A DNA stretch of 49,323 nucleotides. It comes from Kiloniellaceae bacterium. Its GTDB lineage: Bacteria > Pseudomonadota > Alphaproteobacteria > Kiloniellales > J153. The translations under genes and the position numbers were made by a program. The stretch lies in contig JAJFGI010000423.1 in NCBI GenBank assembly GCA_021776215.1, positions 1 through 49,323 on the forward strand, given 5' to 3'. The first letter of the stretch is position 1. Every line of letters starts with the position of its first letter. The notes below the pieces were generated by a model. The model was given only the letters and a program-made list of their open reading frames with translations, had not been told where the DNA came from and ran no database searches. Positions 1 through 8,178 of this stretch are shown here, in pieces.

Positions 1-834
<834 letters not shown>

Positions 835-887
835 GGGGCCGGCGCAGATCCCCCGTCGTCTACCGGCGGTACGCGGTATTCTGGCCC

Positions 888-964
888 GGGCCCGTATTTC
901 AGCGGTCAGAATCCGCCGCCCATAACGGGCATTGTCGCAACTTCGGATTCTGCCGGGCCCACCA
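888..964 (+). pseudogene. Degenerate full-length copy of the tRNA(CAU) gene at 2049-2124 (pseudo-tRNA)
   Basis: These 77 nt align end to end with 2049-2124. The GGGCCCG...CGGGCCCACCA acceptor ends and the CAT anticodon triplet are shared. About 11 substitutions and 1 indel break the D-stem (T:T), the anticodon stem and the T-stem (GCAAC/TCTGC). Confidence 0.6.
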
Positions 965-1143
965 GATTCTCAAGCGCAGCTATTCTTTCGGCCGGCGGCC
1001 AACGATGAGGTCACGGAGAGCACGCGCACCCGCGCGTTGCGCGGGTGTCAACGTGGACCGGAGCCGACATGCTGAGATCATGGATCGGCTTTGTGCCCGG
1101 CACGTGCCTCACGGCCGCTCTGAACAGATCAATGGATTGGCGA

Positions 1144-1168
1144 GGAACCTATGGTGACGCGGTGCGTT
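1144..1168 (+). promoter_or_regulatory. EcfG-type (general stress response ECF sigma) promoter motif GGAAC-N16-CGTT
   Basis: GGAAC at 1144-1148 and CGTT at 1165-1168 are separated by exactly 16 nt. The motif lies about 74 nt upstream of the PRC-barrel gene ATG, in the correct orientation. Confidence 0.5.
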
Positions 1169-1241
1169 TAGCATTTGCCGTCTTAACAGTCTCGGGGCTG
1201 GCGGCAGCATAACTTGCCAACACGTACAAAGGTGTATCCTC

Positions 1242-1580
1242 ATGACAAATCAACTTCTTTCCTCCAGCACAATCGCCGGCGACAGCGTGAAGAATCGCCA
1301 GGGCGAGGAACTCGGCAATATCGAGGACCTCATGGTCGACGTTTCATCGGGAAAAGTCGAATATGCGGTACTGTCATTTGGCGGCTTTCTTGGGCTTGGT
1401 GACAAGTATTTCGCGATCCCCTTCAATCAGCTTGGCGTCGACCACAAGAATCATTGCATGATCCTGAATGTTGACAAGGAGCGGCTGAAAGACGCACCTG
1501 GCTTCGATAAGGACAATTGGCCGAACTTCGCGGACCCATCATTCCGCAATTCGGTGAACACTTATTACGGTCACGTCTAA
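1242..1580 (+). CDS. PRC-barrel domain protein
   Basis: 112-aa ORF with a typical PRC-barrel pattern (GDSVKNRQGEELGNIEDLMVDVSSGKVEYAVLSFGGFLGLGDKYFAIPF...LKDAPGFD). Confidence 0.85.
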   Translation: MTNQLLSSSTIAGDSVKNRQGEELGNIEDLMVDVSSGKVEYAVLSFGGFLGLGDKYFAIPFNQLGVDHKNHCMILNVDKERLKDAPGFDKDNWPNFADPSFRNSVNTYYGHV

Positions 1581-2048
1581 ACGACACGCAGCGGTCGTGC
1601 CATTGATGCTTGGCGCGACCGCTCACGCCGCACCGAATCGGGTCGCTCGTTGGAGTGGAGGCAGGTCTCACGTTGGTGAGAAACCCATCCACGCGCGACC
1701 GGCAGGTGGAAATTGGTAGTCTCGATGTCGAGCCAGGTCGGGCGAGCCGCATCCGACTTTCAGACGTGCGAGTGGCGAATACACAGTGGGCCGGCGGCGC
1801 CGGCGAGTTAGCCTCTCCTGAGACGCGGGGCGAATTTCCGGCCATCGGCAGGCTGCGGCGGAGGACGGACGGAACGGCCGCCTTTCGCGCTGCCGTGCGC
1901 GGCCTTGCGATGGAGGGGAAGGGCCATCGATCCGGCGCGCCGCGCGGTAGCCCACGGGGGCACGGTTTTGGCCCTCGGCCGCTGACCGGCTCAACCGGCC
2001 CTTGATCTCAGCCTTGCTCCCACGGGCACAAACGGCAAAACTCTGCCC

Positions 2049-2124
2049 GGGCCCGTAGTTCAGCGGTCAGAACCCGCCGCTCATAACGGCGTTGTCGCAG
2101 GTTCGAATCCTGCCGGGCCCACCA
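2049..2124 (+). tRNA. tRNA with CAU anticodon (tRNA-Met or lysidine-type tRNA-Ile2)
   Basis: A hand-folded cloverleaf is complete. Acceptor GGGCCCG/CGGGCCC, D-arm GTTC-AGCGGTCA-GAAC, anticodon arm CGCCG-CTCATAA-CGGCG, variable TTGTC, T-arm GCAGG-TTCGAAT-CCTGC, discriminator A and encoded CCA. Confidence 0.9.
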
Positions 2125-2349
2125 CCGAGACCATGTTTTCCCAAAGTGCCAGAGACTTCAGCGCCAAACCCCGCGATTCCGCGGGCTTTGGCCGACTACG
2201 CGTTGACGGGAGACAGCGGTATCAGACCAAAACTGACCCAAATGGCCGAAAGTCTCTGCGGGCCATTTCGCCGTCAACGCGTTAGTCGATGGCTGCCACA
2301 CGGGCGTCTTGTTCTTGCCAGATGGTTGGCAGGTCCGCCTGGCGTGTGA

Positions 2350-2568
2350 GCGATGCCCTTGGCCTTGGATTGAGCGACCTTGTCGCGGATACGCTCGCTG
2401 ATGACCTCGCGCTCGAACTGGGCAAAGGATAGAAGCACATTGAGGGTGAGGCGCCCCATCGAGGTGGTGGTATTGAACTGCTGAGTTACCGAAACAAAGG
2501 AGATGCCCGCATCATCGAACGCCTCGACCAGTTTGGCAAAGTCGATGAGCGAGCGGGTCAGGCGAGAG
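2350..2568 (-). pseudogene. Serine recombinase (resolvase catalytic domain) internal fragment
   Basis: Minus-strand translation reads ...LTRSLIDFAKLVEAFDDAGISFVSVTQQFNTTTSMGRLTLNVLLSFAQFEREVISERIRDKVAQSKAKG, a typical resolvase-domain core. Both ends are cut by IS6 sequence. Confidence 0.75.
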
Positions 2569-2569
2569 C

Positions 2570-3121
2570 GTACGGCGCTGGTTCCTCAAATTTGGCACCC
2601 CAATCGCAAAAAACTTACGCCGTATGCGGCCCACACCCAGCGACTATTGGCATCTCGATGAGATGGTCATTGTTATCCGAGGGCGACGTCATTGGTTATG
2701 GCGAGCCGTCGACAATGAAGGTGAGGTTCTGGATTTCCTCGTGCAATCAAAGCGGGACGCCAAAGCCGCATTGAAGCTGATGCGGAAACTGTTGAAGAAG
2801 CATGGGTGGGCGCCAACTCGGATCACAACCGATAAACTCAGATCCTATCATGTCGCATTCCGAATCCTCGGCCTGACGGCTGAGCACATCGACAATAAGC
2901 GCGCGAACAATCGTGCGGAGAACTCGCCCCAACCGGTCAGACGACGAGAGCGCAAACAGCAGCGTTTCAAATCACCGGGCTCTGCGCATCGCTTCCTGAA
3001 TATCCACTCTTCGGTCTACACCACTTTTTACGTCCAGCGTCATTTGCTCAGCAGATCCGCATTCAAGCAATTTCGGATCGACGCGTTTAACGTATGGGGA
3101 AGTGCGGGCGCGGGAGCCTGA
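2570..3121 (+). pseudogene. IS6-family transposase, N-terminally truncated
   Basis: ESVRRWFLKFGTPIAKNLRRMRPTPSDYWHLDEMVIVIRGRRHWLWRAVDNEGEVLDFLVQSKRDAKAALKLMRKLLKK...TDKLRSY matches the IS6 DDE transposase pattern. The first ~45 aa are absent. Confidence 0.85.
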
Positions 3122-3174
3122 AAGGGCATCGACACGGATCTTTGCGGCCGTTTCCCATTAACGTGACAATGCCC

Positions 3175-3403
3175 GACGACGAGAGAGGACGATGGCGAAA
3201 TTCAGGGGCATCGAGACCATTCAGAAGTTCGCCTCCGTCCATGCCTCGATCCACAATCATTTCAATCAGGACCGCCACCTCAACCGCCGGGATATTTTCA
3301 AGCAGAACCGCTCCGCCGCCCTGGCCGAGTGGCGTCAGCTGGCGACCTGACGACCCTGACCTCGCGACCTTTGGAGACTGGTTCGCGTTTGATTGACACT
3401 GCC
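3175..3403 (+). mobile_element. Second IS6-family right-end remnant (last ~58 aa of a transposase plus IRR)
   Basis: Translation reads RRRERTMAKFRGIETIQKFASVHASIHNHFNQDRHLNRRDIFKQNRSAALAEWRQLAT* (stop at 3351). The IRR GGCAGTGTCAATCAAACG (reverse complement) ends at 3403. The remnant abuts the IRR of the preceding element. Confidence 0.7.
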
Positions 3404-3528
3404 ATGGCCACTGCTAAGTAGATTCCGAACCTATGAAATCCGTTCGTCGCGCCGTAGGGTACCCTGAACAGCGACGATCCCGTCGAACACTACCAGGGTC
3501 GCTACTCCGAGGAAGATTTCTAACATGG

Positions 3529-3554
3529 GGAACTGGAGCTTCAACCGTGACGTT
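3529..3554 (+). promoter_or_regulatory. Second EcfG-type promoter motif GGAAC-N17-CGTT
   Basis: GGAAC at 3529-3533 and CGTT at 3551-3554 are separated by 17 nt. The motif sits in a 390-nt non-coding stretch upstream of the lipoprotein and CsbD genes. Confidence 0.4.
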
Positions 3555-3790
3555 AATACTGTCCTGGGAAACGCGCTGGCGGCCGTTTATCTCCAGGGGC
3601 CAATGCCGGTTCAGCGACGTGACCGCGAGGGCGCGCACCTGACCACATGGGCTGATTCACCGACATCAAAACGTGCCGGTCCTGCCGCCGACCCCGCCGG
3701 CAGTTCGTCCAAAACGGCCCGACACACGGGACCCTGTCAGCCAGGGAATTGTGCCAAATACGGGGAATCACCATTCGGAGGATTTTACAA

Positions 3791-4039
3791 ATGAAAATTA
3801 TTTCCGTGGTTGTCCTGGTCCTTCTCATCGCCGGTTGCGCATCGCCCGGACCTGAGCGGACCAATGAGCAGATCCCGACGGTCACCTACAGCTACAACAC
3901 TGGTGAAGCGGAAGAGGTAAAGCAAAACGCGGCAAAATATTGCCACGATAACTATGGACGCTCCGCACGTATTGTTCAGGACGTGCAGAGCGGTGACAAG
4001 CGTGTCATGACCCTCGAGTGCGTTGTTGCGCAGCAATAG
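3791..4039 (+). CDS. Small lipoprotein (hypothetical)
   Basis: The ATG at 3791 follows a GGAGGA ribosome-binding site. Signal peptide with lipobox MKIISVVVLVLLIAGC. Confidence 0.7.
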   Translation: MKIISVVVLVLLIAGCASPGPERTNEQIPTVTYSYNTGEAEEVKQNAAKYCHDNYGRSARIVQDVQSGDKRVMTLECVVAQQ

Positions 4040-4206
4040 GCGCTCCGCACAACAGTGTCTGGGGAAACCACCTTGAGCTGGCGCGGCACGCCCCGCGAAA
4101 GCTCCAAGTAGAATTATGCCACCACCCCCACCGAGTGGGGACAGTTTGCTCCCTGATTCTTCTGTCTCACTGCAAGGGTGCAGTCCAAAGCCCTAGGAAT
4201 AACGCT

Positions 4207-4405
4207 ATGAATTGGGATCAGATCGAAGGTAACTGGAAGCAGATTAAAGGGAAAATGAAAGTGAAGTGGGGCGATTTGACGGACGACGAACTCGACCGGG
4301 GCCGAGGGACGGCGAGATCAAGTTGTTGGCTTCGTTCAGGAGCGCTATGGCCTTGCCAAGGACGAGGCTGAACGTCAAGTCGATGCGTGGAGCCGCAAGA
4401 TCTAG
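4207..4405 (+). pseudogene. CsbD-family stress protein, interrupted by a 1-nt frameshift near 4305
   Basis: MNWDQIEGNWKQIKGKMKVKWGDLTDDELDRGRG is in frame 1. The family continuation (G)RRDQVVGFVQERYGLAKDEAERQVDAWSRKI* is in frame 2 and ends at 4405. Total length is 199 nt, which is 3n+1. Confidence 0.75.
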
Positions 4406-4477
4406 GTTCCTTTCGGGCAAAGCGCCGGGACGGCGCATACCGCGCCGACCCGTTAACTCCATGGGCAGCCGAGGATA

Positions 4478-5578
4478 GTGATGCTGAGCCAGGTCCACCC
4501 GCTGATATGGGTTGCGTTCTTGCCATTGCTGGCGCTGATCCCGGCAGTCATCGCCTATCGGAAGGGATACCCCTTCTTTGGGGCTTGGCTGATCAGCATT
4601 CCTTTCCCACCGCTGGCCCTTGTCACCGTCCTGTTACTCCCAGCCTACAAGGTCTGCCGGTATTGCCTCGAAAAGATCAAGGCGGAGGCATCCGCGTGCC
4701 GCCACTGCGGCCGTTGGCAAGCCGCCACGCCGGATCCGCTAACCCAGGCCTCGCCATTATCCCAGGATCGGCCGGCGATGGATCGCCGTGGCGAACAGCG
4801 GCCACAGCTTGGTGCGCGTGCGACCGAAAATGGCTTTGGCGAGGAGATCGACGATCGCCAAATCCCGGACGATCAGGGGCGGCAATCCGCGCGACGGCCA
4901 ACCGGTCGCCCGGCGGCGGTTGGGGTCGGCTTGCTCGCGACCGTAGCTGTCGCCGTCCTTACGCTGCCGGGGATGCGTGAGACCCTTTGGGGCGAGGCGG
5001 AACATTCAGCCGAAGCGGCGGACGCGGCCGCACTAGCGCCATACGATCCGGGATCGGTCGCTTCTGTCGCGCCCGGCAAAACGGGGCTAGGCGGCGCGGC
5101 TAACCACCTGCCAGGCAGGGATCTAGACATGGACAATGCCGCTGCTGGGCCAATTGGCGCGGCTAGGCGTGCTGTGCCGCCTCTCGCCGCACCGGTGCGG
5201 GGCATGGTTCCGTCGGAAGAGCGAGATAATACACAGCAACCGCCGGAAAGCCCGCTTGCGCGCGTCCCAACGCTGGAGAGGGCGACCGGTGAGGTGATGA
5301 TTGTGCCTCCGTCGTTCGTTCCGCCTGCTGATGCGCTGCGGCAAGTACAGGCCATGCTGACCAAGTTGGGCTACGACCCCGGTCCGGCCGACGGCATTAT
5401 GGGACCAAAGACCGAGGTCGCCCTCCGCCACTACGAGTCGGCAAACAACCTCCCCATAGGCGGGACCTTCGATGTGCTGCTCCGGCCCACGCGGGCAAAG
5501 CCGGTCATGGCAGCGGAAAATCAGTCGGAGCCGACATCGCTTCTGCCCGACATTATGGAGAAAGCGACTCATTTCTAG
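4478..5578 (+). CDS. Membrane protein with Cys4 zinc-ribbon-like motif and C-terminal peptidoglycan-binding (PG_binding_1) domain
   Basis: N-terminal TM helices, then CRYCLEKIKAEASACRHCGRW. The C-terminus reads ALRQVQAMLTKLGYDPGPADGIMGPKTEVALRHYESANNLP. Confidence 0.8.
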   Translation: MMLSQVHPLIWVAFLPLLALIPAVIAYRKGYPFFGAWLISIPFPPLALVTVLLLPAYKVCRYCLEKIKAEASACRHCGRWQAATPDPLTQASPLSQDRPAMDRRGEQRPQLGARATENGFGEEIDDRQIPDDQGRQSARRPTGRPAAVGVGLLATVAVAVLTLPGMRETLWGEAEHSAEAADAAALAPYDPGSVASVAPGKTGLGGAANHLPGRDLDMDNAAAGPIGAARRAVPPLAAPVRGMVPSEERDNTQQPPESPLARVPTLERATGEVMIVPPSFVPPADALRQVQAMLTKLGYDPGPADGIMGPKTEVALRHYESANNLPIGGTFDVLLRPTRAKPVMAAENQSEPTSLLPDIMEKATHF

Positions 5579-5588
5579 GAGTTTTCAA

Positions 5589-5744
5589 ATGGTTCTCACC
5601 GCCAGTCACATCGCGCCGCTGGTCGCCCTTATCGCCGGCATCTTGATCCTGATCATACCGAGGCTATTGAACTACATCGTCGCAATCTACCTTATCGTAA
5701 CAGGCTTGGTCGGGCTCAACGGCATCTACCAATTCATAAATTAA
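5589..5744 (+). CDS. DUF3096-like small membrane protein
   Basis: 51-aa two-TM protein, MVLTASHIAPLVALIAGILILIIPRLLNYIVAIYLIVTGLVGLNGIYQFIN. Confidence 0.65.
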   Translation: MVLTASHIAPLVALIAGILILIIPRLLNYIVAIYLIVTGLVGLNGIYQFIN

Positions 5745-5872
5745 AGCAGGTTGGCACTTTTACTGTGTCTGACAGCTTCAAGGTAAGGCTATCATGGCCG
5801 AGCTACGATCAGCAGCATAGCCCTGGTGCAGCTCAGGTTTGTCGCGTCGGTTATGAAATTCAATCGCCTAGG

Positions 5873-6360
5873 TCAGCCCGCCCGCATGACCAACCGGATC
5901 AGGTCCGGCAGGGATTTCGTCCTGGTCCGTTTCATGACGGCAGCCCGATGATTCTCGACTGTGCGCTGGCTGATGCCGAGGCGTGCCGCGATCTCCTTGT
6001 TGGCATGCCCGGCAACAACCTGATCCATGACCTGGCGTTCGCGACCGGTGCGCTCGACGAGGCGTGCTACAGCCGCTTCGTTCGATGGCGAATTATTAGA
6101 GGAGGATGCGCGCGTCTGGGCGCGATCGACGCTGGCCAGCAGCTCGCTGTGCCGCACCGGTTTCTCCAGAAAATCGACGGCGCCGGCCTTCATCGCCGCG
6201 ACCGCCATCGGCACGTCGCCGTGGCGGTGATCATGATGGCGGGAAGGTGAATGCTGTCTTTCTTCAGCCGTCCGATCAAGGCAAGTCCGTCCATGCCCGG
6301 CAGTCGGGCATCGACCACTAGACAACCGGCCTAGTCGCGCTGATAGATCTCCACGAACGC
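5873..6360 (-). pseudogene. FixJ/LuxR-type response regulator 3-prime fragment; decayed duplicate of the last ~160 codons of the 8179-12918 gene
   Basis: About 90 percent nt identity to 8178-8666. Relative to that copy it carries an in-frame TAG (YQRD*AGC) and a 1-nt deletion (ACCGCCACGG versus ACCGGCCACGG). The N-terminal part of the receiver domain is absent. Confidence 0.8.
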
Positions 6361-6559
6361 AACGGAGCCCAGTGTCGTGACCCGGCCGTTCGGGTCACGA
6401 CCATAGCAGACGAGAGATCGCTGAGAGCAGGATTGGAATCTTCCTAACCCCGGATCGCGAAGGTAATCTTAAGGGCAAGACTTCCGATTCCGGAAAGGCC
6501 GCGCCGGCATCCCGGAAACGGTGCGCACGGCAAACCGTGCCGGGTGGCCGCGCAAGCCG

Positions 6560-7483
6560 TCAAGCGGCGAGAGATAGCCTTTTTCTAAACGCAAAAAGCC
6601 CCGCCAGCGCGGAGCCGAAAAGCAGAATTGCGCCGGGTATCGGCACGGCCGAAACGGGGGCGTACGGAAGAAATTGGACCCCCGCATCTGTGAGATCAAG
6701 ACCGCCGCTCAAGCCGTTGCTGCCAGCAAGAATACCCAAGCAAGAGCCGGAGAGGGTGTTTTGATCCAACGTCACGGCCCCCGTACTCGCCGCGGCTCTA
6801 CCGCATGAATCGGTTGCGGAGGTGTTCATGGTGATGCTCGCGTCCGCGAAAATGTTCCCGAAGAAGGTCGTGTTTAGATCGATGGTGGCGGAGCTGCCGA
6901 CATTCCAATACAAGCCGGCACCTGACCCGGTATTGATCACGCTCACGCCTGAGTTGGGCGAGGTGATCAACGTGCTGGGCATCTGGAAAACCCAGGCCGC
7001 GTTGGCGTTGCCTCCACCGTCGAGTATGAGCAGCCCCGACAAATTTGTAGTCCCCGCTGGAACCGTATAGACGCCCGGCATGATCGTGAGTCCAGCCAAG
7101 TCCGCACCAAGGAGGGTCCCTACCCCTAGAGATCCAAGATTAGATCTCGCGGTGGTGAGTTGACCCTGAGCCGACTGCGCGGCCGCAGTGCCTGCGTGTA
7201 CCAGTCCTCCCGTCACCTGCGGGTCCGACACCGCAACGCCTGGTGAGGAATTAAAGCCCGTGATTGCATTCGCACCACCGCTCGACCAGACACCGACATT
7301 TCCGCCGATGGCGCTCGGGGAAACATTGGTCACCGTTGAGGCGCCCAGAACCGTAAAGCTCTCCAAATCCGAACCCAGAAACACCGCGGCCATTCCCTGG
7401 GTGGGGCCATACAGAAGTGCAACGATAGGGGCGATGATGACTAGTCGGGCACTGCGTCGGAGGGGCGTACTTGCCGTCTTCAT
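6560..7483 (-). CDS. Ice-binding-like (DUF3494) secreted protein with PEP-CTERM-like C-terminal sorting signal
   Basis: Signal peptide followed by the DUF3494 pattern (LGSDLESFTVLGASTVTN...ITGFNSSPG...AAAQSAQGQLTTA...GVYTV...AAWVFQMPSTLIT...NVGSSATIDLNTTFFGNIFADASITM...GRAAASTGAVTLDQNTL). The C-terminus is VPIPGAILLFGSALAGLFAFRKR. Confidence 0.85.
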   Translation of the reverse strand: MKTASTPLRRSARLVIIAPIVALLYGPTQGMAAVFLGSDLESFTVLGASTVTNVSPSAIGGNVGVWSSGGANAITGFNSSPGVAVSDPQVTGGLVHAGTAAAQSAQGQLTTARSNLGSLGVGTLLGADLAGLTIMPGVYTVPAGTTNLSGLLILDGGGNANAAWVFQMPSTLITSPNSGVSVINTGSGAGLYWNVGSSATIDLNTTFFGNIFADASITMNTSATDSCGRAAASTGAVTLDQNTLSGSCLGILAGSNGLSGGLDLTDAGVQFLPYAPVSAVPIPGAILLFGSALAGLFAFRKRLSLAA

Positions 7484-7830
7484 TTTTTTGGCCTACCTTT
7501 CCAATTTTACGCTATGTCATCGGGCCGGGGACTGTCAAGTCCGAGACTTGCCGGATAACTTGGTTCGGGGCGCATTCTTCAAGGTTCCGCCCGTGCGGCC
7601 GCTTTCGGCCTCGAAGGCTTGGTCGAGCGCGCGCCTGCTACCTGGGACCAGTACACAACATCAGCCCGAAGTATCCGGGAACAGTCTTATGTAGTCGTCC
7701 ATGAAGATTCCCCGCCGTGCGCTTGCGCGGCGTCTCAGCGAGGATCTGCCGCCGCGAAAGGCCCGCTGAGCTGCCGCCTGTTCCAAAGACACTGAGTTTA
7801 GGTATTTGATGATGGAACCGGAAGTGGACT

Positions 7831-8100
7831 ATGAGGCGACGGACGTTCAACAAGGTGTTCAAGCTCGAGGCAGTTAGGCTGGTGAAGGAACGGGGGTGTC
7901 GGTAGCGCAAGCCGCCCGCGATCTCGAGGTTCACCCGAACGTGCTTCGGAACTGGATCAAAGAGGTTTCGGCCAACCCGCGGTATGCGTTTCCGGGTCAA
8001 GGCCGGATGAAGCCCGAGCAACCGGAGACCGAGCGGCGGCGCCGGCGTACCGGGAAAAAGCCGCGGATTGTGCGGGAGATGCTGGTGACCGGAGCGGTGG
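7831..8100 (+). pseudogene. IS3-family transposase OrfA remnant (frameshifted, truncated)
   Basis: MRRRTFNKVFKLEAVRLVKERG is followed by a frameshift, then VSVAQAARDLEVHPNVLRNWIKEVSANPRYAFPGQGRMKPEQ, the typical IS3 OrfA HTH region. No OrfB is present and the 3-prime boundary is approximate. Confidence 0.7.
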
Positions 8101-8178
8101 TCGGCAGTGACCACCAAGAACAACCAAGCGCTCCCACATCTCGTCAGTCCCGCCGTTGTCCGTGGATCTTGGGCGCTG

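Larger units (their letters stand above)
2217..3174 (+). mobile_element. IS6-family insertion sequence remnant(s), transposase gene disrupted by a recombinase gene fragment
   Basis: IRL-like GGTATCAGACCAAAAC at 2218 is 15/16 identical to the sequence upstream of the IS6 tnp fragment at 39864 (minus strand). A short tnp N-terminus (MAESLCGPFRRQR...) occupies about 2252-2349 and the tnp body occupies 2570-3121. The IRR GGGCATTGTCACGTTAATGG (reverse complement) ends at 3174. Confidence 0.6.

Noticed and set aside
2198-2282. Perfect 12-bp inverted repeat ACGCGTTGACGG / CCGTCAACGCGT flanking the IS6 left end
   Set aside because: The arms straddle the IS6 left inverted repeat and the start of its transposase remnant. 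This is probably coincidental or a disrupted target hairpin, with no second copy to support an element.
3525-3794. 89-aa ORF in the gap between the IS6 debris and the lipoprotein gene
   Set aside because: It has no homolog-like features, and its start overlaps the GGAAC-N17-CGTT motif. The ORF runs into the lipoprotein gene's ribosome-binding site, so it is more likely a 5-prime UTR.
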